A DNA stretch of 64,000 bases from Patescibacteria group bacterium. Its GTDB lineage: Bacteria > Patescibacteriota > Patescibacteriia > UBA9570. Below the pieces are notes generated by a model. The model was not told where the DNA came from, ran no database searches, and was given only the letters and a program-made list of their open reading frames with translations. Within the stretch, counting starts at the first letter, position 1, and each line of letters begins with the position of its first letter. Both the position numbers and the translations under genes were made by a program. Shown here piece after piece: positions 13,105 to 21,382 of this stretch. Where the stretch lies: assembly GCA_024277435.1 (NCBI GenBank), contig JAJRVJ010000028.1:97300-161299 (forward strand), written 5' to 3'.

Positions 13105-13673
13105 ATAACTCGATTACAATAGCTGTAGCCGGAAATAATGGTAGCTTTTCACATGAAGCTGGTATGCTATATATCACTGGCCATAAATTAGAAGACGTTC
13201 GTTTTATCTTTGGTATTGATAGCCCTGGAGCATTCAAGGCGATGCGTGACGGCAAGGCGCAAAAAATTATTGTACCTATATACAACACAACCGGAGGATT
13301 GGTGCACATGACGTTGCAGGCTATGGGGTTGTATCAATTTTCTATTGAAGAGATGTTTGATATGAAAATTGATCAGTGTATTATGCTGCATGATGATGCG
13401 CAAGCTGATGAAATTGAACGAGTTGCTTCGCATCCACAAGCTCTACGTCAGTGCCATGATTATCTGCAGGAGCAATGGCCAAAGCGAGAGTTGCAAGAAT
13501 ATCAAGATACCGCTCAAGCCGCTAAAGATTTATCAGACGGCAAACTTTCCAAGCGCACAGCAGTGATAGCGCCAAAGCTTTCAGCGGAATTATACGATCT
13601 TACAATTGCGGGGGAGGCTATTCAGGACGATCCAAACAATGCAACAACATTTTTAGTAATCGCACCACATTAA
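13095..13673 (+). CDS. pheA: prephenate dehydratase, catalytic domain only (no ACT domain)
   Basis: 192 aa. Motifs AVAGNNGSFSHEA, HPQALRQC, IAPKLSAELYDL, IQDDPNNATTFLVI. Confidence 0.8.
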   Translation: MDMNNSITIAVAGNNGSFSHEAGMLYITGHKLEDVRFIFGIDSPGAFKAMRDGKAQKIIVPIYNTTGGLVHMTLQAMGLYQFSIEEMFDMKIDQCIMLHDDAQADEIERVASHPQALRQCHDYLQEQWPKRELQEYQDTAQAAKDLSDGKLSKRTAVIAPKLSAELYDLTIAGEAIQDDPNNATTFLVIAPH

Positions 13674-13680
13674 GAATAAT

Positions 13681-14379
13681 ATGAACATTGGAATTATTGG
13701 AGTAGGGCGGTTTGGCTCTCTATTAGAAAAACATCTTTCAACAGATAATACAGTAGTTACATTCGATAAAGGTGATCCAGGTGAAGAGTTAATATTATGT
13801 GATCTTGTTATTTTTGCAGTGCCGAATAAAATATTGCAGGATATTGTATATGAGTATCAGCCATTTATCTCTAGTGATGCCACGGTAATGGACGTGGGAT
13901 CAGTAAAAGTGTTGCCGTGTGAGATCTTGCAAGAAGAATTTTCTGATAGAGCATTAGGAACGCATCCGTTATTTGGGCCAGATAGTGCAGGTGAATCTTG
14001 GGACGGGCATAAAATGGTGTTTTGTAAACTAGATATCTCGGATGAACGATATACGGCTGTAAAGAAAGTATTTACTGCTAGAGGAATTACAGCAATTGAA
14101 AGTACGCCAGAGGAGCACGATAAAATGATGGCTAAAACTCAAGCTCTCGTACATTTTATGGGACGGGCGTTATCTGGTATTGAAGAGCAGGAAATTTCTA
14201 CGCCGGATTATGGGAATTTATTGAAGATGATGGAGAAGGTAACAAATGATACCTGGGAGTTATTTTTTGACATACAGAATTTAAATCCGTATGCTGAAGC
14301 TGAACGAAAACAACTGATTACAAAATTACAATCATTAGAAGAACAAATACACGATGACCAACAACAACGCACAACGTAA
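13681..14379 (+). CDS. tyrA: prephenate dehydrogenase
   Basis: 232 aa with N-terminal NAD fold IGIIGVGRFGS. TyrA-like core. Confidence 0.8.
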   Translation: MNIGIIGVGRFGSLLEKHLSTDNTVVTFDKGDPGEELILCDLVIFAVPNKILQDIVYEYQPFISSDATVMDVGSVKVLPCEILQEEFSDRALGTHPLFGPDSAGESWDGHKMVFCKLDISDERYTAVKKVFTARGITAIESTPEEHDKMMAKTQALVHFMGRALSGIEEQEISTPDYGNLLKMMEKVTNDTWELFFDIQNLNPYAEAERKQLITKLQSLEEQIHDDQQQRTT

Positions 14380-14635
14380 ATTAGAAGAGTTGCGAAAACA
14401 AATTGATGAGATAGATAGTGATATTGTGCAAAGTATTGCTAGACGGCTTGTAGTTGTAGAGGAGATCGGTGAAGTGAAAGCTGAATCTGGTTTAGCCGTA
14501 CAAGATGCTAATCGTGAAGCTAAGTTATATGTAAAATTAAATACGCTAGCTCATGAACATGGTGTGCCATTAGATCTCATCATGCATATCTACGATTACA
14601 TCATTAGTCAAGCGCGTGATCGCCAGCAGCAATAA
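14354..14635 (+). CDS. chorismate mutase (AroQ class, monofunctional)
   Basis: 93 aa. LRKQIDEIDSDIVQSIARRLVVVEEIGEVK is the typical AroQ helix pattern. Last gene of the operon. Confidence 0.8.
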   Translation: MTNNNAQRKLEELRKQIDEIDSDIVQSIARRLVVVEEIGEVKAESGLAVQDANREAKLYVKLNTLAHEHGVPLDLIMHIYDYIISQARDRQQQ

Positions 14636-14669
14636 CTACATCTCTTGTGGATAATTATACTCGTTTTTA

Positions 14670-14698
14670 TTGACACATATTTCTGAATGCGATATGTT
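14670..14698 (+). promoter_or_regulatory. sigma70-like promoter (TTGACA-17-TATGTT) reading into the non-coding region
   Basis: Consensus -35 and 4/6 -10 with 17-nt spacer, directly after the operon end. Confidence 0.35.
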
Positions 14699-15128
14699 GT
14701 TACTAAGTATTATGAATAGTAAAAAATCTTTTAACTTAATCCACAAGATTTGGAACACAACACTCCTCGTGAAGATGGTGTGTGTTTATGTTGTCACTAC
14801 AATTCGACGCACAAATTACGGGTTAAGTTCTATGAGCCATATATAGATTAAAAGATATTAAGGCAAATAACGAACGAAGCCCGCAAAAACAGTGGGATTT
14901 TTTATACGCCTAGACCAGTTTCTGAAACGTTGGAAATTACTCTAGCCGGATAAAACCGGTAAGTTAGCTCTTTACATGTGTATACCATCATTGTTATGCA
15001 ATGGCGATATAACATCAACGTATGGTCAATGAATGCATTGGCCTTATGGCAACGTGATCTTTGATCGTAACCATCTAACTTATATGTTCTTGGTCGCTCA
15101 ATGTATTTATAGTATATATGCATATTGA

Positions 15129-15206
15129 GCGGCTGGGAACCTTAAGCCACATGGAGTGGGCCTTCTTTGACAATGAAGGTGACGGGTTCGATTCCCCTCG
15201 GTCGCA
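15129..15206 (+). ncRNA. tRNA-like element of 78 nt: a 7-bp acceptor stem (two G-U pairs), a canonical T-arm GGGTTCGATTCCC, a discriminator A, and a non-canonical D/anticodon region. It is a degenerate tRNA, a tRNA 3' remnant, or a tRNA-like end of a longer ncRNA.
   Basis: gcggctg (15129-35) pairs with cggtcgc (15199-205). T-arm ACGGG-TTCGATT-CCCCT has one C-C mismatch. The best internal hairpin, ccttc/gaagg, has a 9-nt loop. An intrinsic terminator overlaps the 3' end. Confidence 0.3.
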
Positions 15207-15222
15207 CGAATCGTGCTTTTAT
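15204..15222 (+). terminator. intrinsic terminator (gcacg-aat-cgtgc followed by a T-run)
   Basis: 5-bp GC stem followed by TTTTAT. Confidence 0.55.
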
Positions 15223-15327
15223 AGTGTAGAGAAGAAATCTCCACTATGAAAAGCTTTGAGGGTGGGTACATTCCCACACAGATATTGACTTCGGTCACCA
15301 TCTGTGGAGCACAAGTATCACGTTGCC

Positions 15328-15383
15328 CCCTTCCCAGTGTGTATCTTACTTAATGTAAGTACTAGGTACACACTGTTCAAGGG
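15328..15383. repeat. 56-nt imperfect nested palindrome (ccctt/aaggg, ccagtgtgta/tacacactg, cttac/gtaag)
   Basis: Three concentric inverted-repeat pairs, visible by eye, in an AT-rich non-coding region. Confidence 0.5.
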
Positions 15384-15529
15384 ATTGTATTATCATTACA
15401 ACCATTATGAATTATTCAGGGAAACAACTTATTCTTATTGTGCTTAACCTCGTGATTAATATCACGCTGGGATCTTTATGGTTTAAAAAAGAAATGTAGA
15501 TTGATATTTTCTTCAATAACCCTAAAGAT

Positions 15530-15556
15530 CCCCGCGCGATAAACGTGGGGTTTTTT
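15530..15556 (+). terminator. intrinsic terminator (ccccgcg-cgataaa-cgtgggg followed by TTTTTT) at the left edge of GC-rich island A
   Basis: 7-bp stem including one G-U pair, followed by a T6 run. Confidence 0.6.
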
Positions 15557-15721
15557 CATTTAGGCTAATTCTCTGATCTCCCTCTCCTGAAAGGATGGGG
15601 GTCGGAGGAGGGGTCGATCAATGAATCGGTGGTGCTTATATGAGGCGCCAATAGGGTGCCTCAATAGGCATAAATCCACCAATTGTTCTTTACAGATGAT
15701 GAGTATGCAATACGATTCGAG

Positions 15722-15762
15722 GAAGCGCTGTATGGACTACACCGATGTCCATACAGCGCTTC
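15722..15762. promoter_or_regulatory. perfect 16-bp inverted repeat (GAAGCGCTGTATGGAC-N9-GTCCATACAGCGCTTC) upstream of the island A ORF; candidate operator or 5' leader structure
   Basis: The arms are exact reverse complements. Sits 53 nt upstream of ATG 15815 and is followed by direct repeats gcgcatc(t)gcgcatc. Confidence 0.5.
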
Positions 15763-15814
15763 CCGCGCATCTGCGCATCTTCATCTAACCCCGAAGACCC
15801 CTCAAGGAGGTCCT

Positions 15815-16213
15815 ATGTCGAGCAGCCTGCTCTCCAATCGTCCCGATTTCGCCATGCGCACTCGCGGTGGCCAGCGCCTGGCGTTCCACACCAGCGGTGG
15901 CGTCACCATGGCCTTCAGCCCCGCCACCAGTCAGCCCGTGCGCGCCCGCCTTGTCAGCGAGAAGGGTAACTCAAACGGTTGGCACCTAGTTGGTACTGCC
16001 GAGTTCGATGCGATGGCCACGCTCTACGGGCTGGTCAATGCCTTCGGCTCCTGGTGCCTGCGTGTCGTCCGCTTCGGCGTGGAGATGCTGGTGGACCTCA
16101 CTGCTCGTCACCTGGTGTGTGGTCGCTACGAAGGCGATGACGACTGGGTCAAGCTCGAGGCCGAGGGCTTCTGTGAGCTGGTGCGCGCGTACAACAACAT
16201 GTGCGCCGTCTGA
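15815..16213 (+). CDS. hypothetical protein (133 aa) in GC-rich island A
   Basis: ATG preceded by the strong SD AAGGAGG (7 nt upstream). About 65% GC with GC3-rich codons, unlike the host. A 12-bp GC hairpin follows the stop. Confidence 0.55.
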   Translation: MSSSLLSNRPDFAMRTRGGQRLAFHTSGGVTMAFSPATSQPVRARLVSEKGNSNGWHLVGTAEFDAMATLYGLVNAFGSWCLRVVRFGVEMLVDLTARHLVCGRYEGDDDWVKLEAEGFCELVRAYNNMCAV

Positions 16214-16230
16214 TGAGATGTTTTCGGGGA

Positions 16231-16266
16231 GAAGCGGTGGTGTGGTTCTAAGCCCACCACCGCTTC
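16231..16266 (+). terminator. GC-rich hairpin terminator (gaagcggtggtg...caccaccgcttc) after the island A ORF
   Basis: 12-bp perfect stem with no U-tract (high-GC-organism style). Confidence 0.5.
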
Positions 16267-16287
16267 GCAACCGCTACTGAAATGCTA

Positions 16288-16316
16288 TTGCAACACTTCA
16301 AAAATTTTCTTATAAT
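16288..16316 (+). promoter_or_regulatory. sigma70 promoter TTGCAA-17-TATAAT
   Basis: Near-consensus hexamers with 17-nt spacing, 40 nt upstream of ATG 16356. Confidence 0.55.
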
Positions 16317-16355
16317 CACTTTAACAAGCTAACCACTTGGCGTACTAATAGCGAT

Positions 16356-18950
16356 ATGGATCACACATTTCTACAATTACAAAAACGTTTAGCAAAACAA
16401 CTCTGGATCGTTAAAGAACAAACCAATAAAGAGCGCACTCTCGTGTATATCGCAGGAATGTCGCTTGATCAAGAAGAGCTAGCCAAAGTGGCTGGTATTG
16501 CGTTTTATGAAGAGCGATTACTATATGTAATTGGTCTACTTCGTAATCCTGAAACAACGGTAGTCTTCGTTACCTCCACACAAATTGACCCAGTAATTTT
16601 AGAGTATTATTTCCAACTATTTGGACGTAATAAACAAGAACAGGCCAGCATGCGTAAGCGCTGGCATCATTTTTATATTGGAAATAGTCGCACTCATAAA
16701 ACTCTTACGCGAAAGGTATTGTCTTCCAAGCGGGTAACCAACCAGGTGTTATCAAAAATTGTGAGCAAAGAACATGCAGTGTTACGGTGTTTTAATGTGT
16801 CTGAAGATGAACAGGCTTTAGCTGTTAAATTAGGAATTCCATTATTTGCTCCTAATCCCGACCTATTACATTGGGGTTCAAAATCTGGTTCCCGTAAAAT
16901 ATTTAAACAGGCTAAGCTAAAACCAGCGTATGGAATTGAAGATATTCATTCGATGGAAGAGCTTATTGCAGCCATTCGAAAAATTAAGAAGCAGCGTAAT
17001 CCAGAGCAAGTTGTTATTAAATTTAATTACAGTTTTTCTGGCGTTGGTAACGCAAATTTACTACTAAAGAAGTTTCCAAAATCAAATAAAGCCGCTGAAC
17101 AATATCTTAAAAAGAATATTGTGCCGTGTGAGCCGGGCATGACAAAAGTACAGTATCTAAAAAAATGTTTCGAAATGGGCGGCATTGTTGAAGAATGGCT
17201 AGTTGGAGATAAAGTATATTCACCAAGCGTACAAGTACTCATTGAACCAAATCAAGAAGTACGTATTTTATCTACACATGAACAATTATTAGATCCCGAA
17301 ACAAAGCAGGTGTATTTAGGTGCTCGTTTTCCAGCTCGTAAAAAATTACGACCATACATTGTAGATCAGGCTAAGGCGGTTGGTAATGCCTTAGCAAAAG
17401 AAGGTGTTATCGGACCACTTGGTATAGATTTTTTGGTAGTGAAAAAACGCGGAAAAACATATACGCATCCGGTTGAAATTAATTTACGCAAAGGTGGTAC
17501 CACGCATCCATTTCAAATTGCCCAAATGCTTACCGAGGGAACTACTCGTCCGATTGGAGCAATGCTTGGTAAAAATAAGAAGAAAGTATATTACTACTCA
17601 TTCGATAATATTAAGTCTTCGCAGTATACGGGGCTTACACCGAAACAGTTAATAGCTATCGTGCGAGAATCGGGACTGGAATTTGATTCCGAAGGAAATA
17701 TGGGGGTAGCATTACATTTAATGGGTGCGCTCCGTAAATATGGCAAATTCGGTGCAGTATGTATTGCCCGCTCACCAAAGGCAGCTGAACAACTATTTGT
17801 GTTATTGAAAAAAGTAGTTGATGCAAAAGTGGAGGAATTGGATATTGCCATAGAGGCTGAAGAGCTTGAAAATACCGTGAATCGTAAACGTTTAGTGGAT
17901 ACATTTGTTACGTTAGCAAGAATTCCCAGCCCTTCAGGTGAAGAAGATCAATTGCGCATTTGGTTACGTGAGGAGTTGGTGCGTTTAGGGTGTACAGTGC
18001 GGGTAGATAAGGCTGGAAATATTATTGCTAAAAAAGCTGGCGTGGGTAAAGTGCCAATATTACTTTCATCACATATGGATACAGTGCAGCCATGCCATAA
18101 TGTAAAACCAGTTGTGCGTGGAGATGTGATTATGACCGACGGCACAACTATTTTAGGCGCCGATAATAAAGCCGGAATAGTATATATTATTGAAGCCTTG
18201 CGTATACTGAGAGAAAATAAATTTTCACACATACCATTAGAAATTGTACTATCCACGTACGAAGAGCAATTTTCTCAGGGAGTGAAAGCTTTAGACATGT
18301 CAAAAATTAAATCGCCATTTGGATTAGTAATTGATGGTGCAGATGTAGGTGAGGTAGATTATACAGCACCATATATTGCAGTAATTGATGTAACTATAAC
18401 TGGCAAGGCGGCTCATTCGGGTGTAGAGCCAGAGAATGGTATTAGTGCAATTCAAATTGCTGCGCAGGCCATTAATCGTATGAAGCTTGGAAGAATCTAT
18501 CCAGATACTACCGCGAACATTGGATTGATTACGGGCGGAACTAATCGTAATGCTATCCCTGGAGAAGTAAGGCTTATTGGTGAAGTGCGTAGTCTTTCAA
18601 AACGGAAGCTTGAAGAGCAACTTGAACGCATGCACAAAGCATTGGAGGATGCCGCAGAAAAATATGGTGGTTTGTTGGCAATAGATAGTAGAGTTGCAGT
18701 GAGTGGTTATACATTTTCAAAAACCGATAAAGATATTAAACACATTATGGCTGTAATGAAGCGGGTTGGTATTCAGCCACAATTACGACAAGCTGGCGGA
18801 GGGTCTGATGCGAATGTATTTGTAATGCGCGGTGTAAAAACTATCGATGTAGGTACGGGAGTACGTAAGCCCCATACTGTTGAAGAGCATATCAATATCA
18901 ACGATATGGTGCAGATGGCTGAATTCGTTTTAGAGATGATCAAGGTATAA
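16356..18950 (+). CDS. Fusion protein (864 aa): an N-terminal ATP-grasp-like ligase domain (about 500 aa, tentative) joined to a C-terminal M20-family metallopeptidase (PepT/ArgE/DapE-like).
   Basis: C-terminal M20 motifs: SSHMDTV, GADNKAG, TYEEQ, ITGKAAHSG, GGGSDANV. N-terminal half has an ATP-grasp-like Gly-rich segment, KFNYSFSGVGNANLL, but no confident family assignment. Confidence 0.6.
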   Translation: MDHTFLQLQKRLAKQLWIVKEQTNKERTLVYIAGMSLDQEELAKVAGIAFYEERLLYVIGLLRNPETTVVFVTSTQIDPVILEYYFQLFGRNKQEQASMRKRWHHFYIGNSRTHKTLTRKVLSSKRVTNQVLSKIVSKEHAVLRCFNVSEDEQALAVKLGIPLFAPNPDLLHWGSKSGSRKIFKQAKLKPAYGIEDIHSMEELIAAIRKIKKQRNPEQVVIKFNYSFSGVGNANLLLKKFPKSNKAAEQYLKKNIVPCEPGMTKVQYLKKCFEMGGIVEEWLVGDKVYSPSVQVLIEPNQEVRILSTHEQLLDPETKQVYLGARFPARKKLRPYIVDQAKAVGNALAKEGVIGPLGIDFLVVKKRGKTYTHPVEINLRKGGTTHPFQIAQMLTEGTTRPIGAMLGKNKKKVYYYSFDNIKSSQYTGLTPKQLIAIVRESGLEFDSEGNMGVALHLMGALRKYGKFGAVCIARSPKAAEQLFVLLKKVVDAKVEELDIAIEAEELENTVNRKRLVDTFVTLARIPSPSGEEDQLRIWLREELVRLGCTVRVDKAGNIIAKKAGVGKVPILLSSHMDTVQPCHNVKPVVRGDVIMTDGTTILGADNKAGIVYIIEALRILRENKFSHIPLEIVLSTYEEQFSQGVKALDMSKIKSPFGLVIDGADVGEVDYTAPYIAVIDVTITGKAAHSGVEPENGISAIQIAAQAINRMKLGRIYPDTTANIGLITGGTNRNAIPGEVRLIGEVRSLSKRKLEEQLERMHKALEDAAEKYGGLLAIDSRVAVSGYTFSKTDKDIKHIMAVMKRVGIQPQLRQAGGGSDANVFVMRGVKTIDVGTGVRKPHTVEEHININDMVQMAEFVLEMIKV

Positions 18951-19019
18951 TAATATAGTGCGCTAAACTCAGCAGAAAAATCGTCAAGCAATTCAGTGTA
19001 TAAAATGCGCATAATTATA

Positions 19020-19048
19020 TTGAAGAGCAGCATATAATTTGTTACAAT
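19020..19048 (+). promoter_or_regulatory. promoter-like TTGAAG-17-TACAAT, upstream of a 250-nt leader that ends in the palindromic terminator
   Basis: Hexamer match with 17-nt spacer; the leader 19049-19268 is non-coding. Confidence 0.3.
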
Positions 19049-19230
19049 ATAGCTGTCCCGTTCTTTCACTTAAACCACTTTCGACAATCTTTTCTCTAAG
19101 GGAGTTTTACATCGCTGTGCATCATGGAGTTCTCTGCGACCATTCAGGAACTTGGAAAGTTCTAAGCTGTTCAGTTGCGAACACCCACGTAAAATAAGAG
19201 GGGAGTTGGTTTAAGATATCAGGGCGGGCT

Positions 19231-19268
19231 AAAAAGTAGATGCATGCCATGGCATGCATCTACTTTTT
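19231..19268. terminator. 38-bp perfect palindrome AAAAAGTAGATGCATGCCATGGCATGCATCTACTTTTT (bidirectional intrinsic terminator / repeat)
   Basis: Exact reverse-complement symmetry with an A-run and a T-run flanking. A related core, GCATGTCATGGCATGC, recurs at 23404-23423. Confidence 0.6.
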
Positions 19269-19303
19269 CTGGGCAGTTGTTGTTTATAAGATAAAAATAG
19301 TAT

Positions 19304-20587
19304 ATGAATTTCAAAGAATTACGTACAAAAGAGTTCGCTCGATTAGTGGATCAGCAGCATGTGTATGTAGATTATACTGGTGGTGGGCAATGTCCGGCTT
19401 CTGTGATGCAGCAATATAGTGATTTATTACAGACTACGGCTTTTGGTAATCCACACTCTTATAATCCAACATCATTGCATACTACGGAACTCATTGAAGA
19501 AGTGCGTGGAATGATATTAGATTTTTATAATGCCAAAGATGATTACACACTTATTTTTACACAGAATGCTTCAGGTGCTTTAAAAATTCTTGGAGAATCA
19601 TATCCATGGGGAGAAAATAGCCTATATATTATAGCGCGTGATAATCACAATTCCGTATTAGGCATTCGTGAATATGCAAAAAAAGCCGGAGCAACGGTGC
19701 AGTATTGGGAACTTGATGATGAATTGCGTTTACAAAATAATCTTGGAGAGTTAATTGGTCAGCATCCTGGCAAAGATGTTGTTGTGGCATATCCTGCGCA
19801 ATCAAACTTTAGCGGCGTAATGCATTCATTAGAATATGTTGAACGAGCGCATCAGCTTGGCGCTACAGTATTTTTAGATACTGCCGCATTTGTTCCAACG
19901 CATACGTTGGACTTACAAGCTATTCAGCCAGATGCAGCCTGTGTATCTTTTTACAAAGTTCTTGGATTTCCAACTGGTATTGGCGCGCTACTTATTCGCA
20001 ACGATCTATTGGAGAAACTTGAGAAAGCATGGTTTGCTGGCGGCACTGTGCGTGGAGTAAGTTTGGAAGATCATGTATTAGAACGCGGCCATGAAAGTTT
20101 TGAAGATGGTACGGTAAATTATGCTCTTATTCCAGGGTTAAAATATGTATATGAATTTATTGAAGAGCTTGGTGGTGTTGAAAAAATTGAAGAGCATGTA
20201 ACAGCGCTTACCGCAAAAGCATTAGAAGAATTACAGCAGATAGAAAACGTGGTTGTGTATGGTCCTAAAACAATGGATAACCATGGTGCAACTGTTGCAT
20301 TTAATATTCTAGATAAAGCCGGAGCTCCTATTCATTATGGCGAGATTGAGAAGTTAGCGTATGATAAAAAGATTTCATTACGTGGAGGATGTTTCTGTAA
20401 TCCTGGAGCAGGTTCAAAATCGTTTGGTCTCGATTCAGCGTCGATGCAAGGATTATTAGGAAAATTAAAAACGCATTCTAAAGAAGATGCGGCCGTACCT
20501 GGGGCTATTCGTGTTTCATTTGGAATTGCTAATTCAGAAGAAGATGTAAACGCAGTAATAGATTTTGTAAAATCAGTTGTGCAGTAA
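19304..20587 (+). CDS. PLP-dependent aminotransferase class V fold enzyme, NifS/MOCOS-N-terminal-like (cysteine desulfurase / Moco sulfurase-like)
   Basis: 427 aa. PLP-Lys context SFYKVLGFPTGIGAL. LRGGCFCNPGAG motif typical of the MOCOS NifS-like domain. Confidence 0.65.
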   Translation: MNFKELRTKEFARLVDQQHVYVDYTGGGQCPASVMQQYSDLLQTTAFGNPHSYNPTSLHTTELIEEVRGMILDFYNAKDDYTLIFTQNASGALKILGESYPWGENSLYIIARDNHNSVLGIREYAKKAGATVQYWELDDELRLQNNLGELIGQHPGKDVVVAYPAQSNFSGVMHSLEYVERAHQLGATVFLDTAAFVPTHTLDLQAIQPDAACVSFYKVLGFPTGIGALLIRNDLLEKLEKAWFAGGTVRGVSLEDHVLERGHESFEDGTVNYALIPGLKYVYEFIEELGGVEKIEEHVTALTAKALEELQQIENVVVYGPKTMDNHGATVAFNILDKAGAPIHYGEIEKLAYDKKISLRGGCFCNPGAGSKSFGLDSASMQGLLGKLKTHSKEDAAVPGAIRVSFGIANSEEDVNAVIDFVKSVVQ

Positions 20588-20608
20588 TAATATAATTCTC
20601 AGTAAAAC

Positions 20609-20645
20609 AAAACAGCTCTCTTAAATAATTTAAGAGAGCTGTTTT
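20609..20645. terminator. palindromic terminator aaaacagctctcttaaa-taa-tttaagagagctgtttt
   Basis: 17-bp perfect arms with an A-run and a T-run flanking, directly after stop 20587. Confidence 0.6.
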
Positions 20646-20651
20646 GTAGTT

Positions 20652-20698
20652 CACCTCTATACATACCATAAATGTGTAGGCTGTTATGTATAGAGGTG
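20652..20698. repeat. inverted repeat cacctctatacat-N21-atgtatagaggtg at the left low-GC/high-GC junction of island B
   Basis: 13-bp perfect arms located exactly where GC content jumps. Confidence 0.45.
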
Positions 20699-20754
20699 TA
20701 ACGGACGCGAGTTGTAGCAAGCGTCCGTCCACCGAACTCCCCCTGGGAGCATGT

Positions 20755-21168
20755 TCAGATGATCTTGTGCTGTCTCCTGACGGAGGCAGCGACGACGTGG
20801 TCCAGTGCTTCCGCGCAGTTGCGCCAGGCGGTGCCGCTCACCACCACGATCTGGCCCTTGTTGGCGGAAGCAACGATCACGTCGGCGTCGCGCATCATTC
20901 CATCGACGTATAGGCTGTGGAATCCTACGGGCAGGAGGCCGGAGTCGATCAGGACCCGGATCCTCTCCTGACTACCGGACTTGCGCGGCAGGTTGGTCTG
21001 GACGGTGACACCCGGACCCAGGAAGTAGAGCTTCCCGTCGCTGGAGGTGTCAGCAGTGATGATCTTCTGACCGCGGCGGACGGTCAGCACCGATGCCCCT
21101 TCGGACACCAGGTGCTTCGCCGCAGCCTCGGAGAAGCCCAGTTGTTGCAGGATCTGTTCTGCTGTCAT
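20755..21168 (-). CDS. stand-alone cyclic-nucleotide-binding (CAP/CRP-type cNMP-binding) domain protein, 137 aa, with no effector or HTH domain
   Basis: Pattern VRRGQKIITADTSSDGKLYFLGPGVTVQT ... GLLPVGFHSLYVDGMMRDADVIVAS resembles the beta-roll plus phosphate-binding cassette (G-E-L...R-A). GC-rich. SD GAGGGAG upstream on the minus strand. Confidence 0.45.
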   Translation of the reverse strand: MTAEQILQQLGFSEAAAKHLVSEGASVLTVRRGQKIITADTSSDGKLYFLGPGVTVQTNLPRKSGSQERIRVLIDSGLLPVGFHSLYVDGMMRDADVIVASANKGQIVVVSGTAWRNCAEALDHVVAASVRRQHKII

Positions 21169-21382
21169 AGTTCTCCCTCGGATTGTTCCATGACAATCCT
21201 ATTCGGTGTGTACATATTTAATAGCATTATGAGTATTTTGTACATATCTATTGAAGTACTACTGAATATATTTTACTTGACAAAATACCCCAATAATTGG
21301 AAAATGATGTGCTCGCAGGACTAGTTTCCTGCTTGCGTTCCTTGAAAAATGGCACATGCCACTAACGTCATGAGGTCTCCAC
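21169..21382. promoter_or_regulatory. AT-rich divergent promoter region inside GC-rich island B, containing TTGACA-like hexamers and the palindrome TGGCACATGCCA (21350-21361)
   Basis: A local GC drop to below 35% between two divergently oriented GC-rich genes. The 12-bp palindrome sits 22 nt upstream of the cyclase ATG. Confidence 0.45.

Noticed and set aside
15129-15206. tmRNA (ssrA) or RNase P RNA in the 14.6-15.5 kb non-coding tract
   Set aside because: The acceptor helix lacks the G3-U70 alanine identity pair. The only sequence complementary to the 3' acceptor strand lies just 70 nt upstream, too close for a tmRNA. No RNase P P4 motifs (AGGAAAGTCCGG / ACAGAACCCGGCTTA) occur in the region.
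15745-16280. Alternative-frame ORFs in island A (15745-15969, 15986-16270 minus, 15990-16280)
   Set aside because: Same GC artefact. Only the 15815-16213 frame has an SD and start context. The track ORF 15683-16213 is probably an upstream over-extension of that frame.
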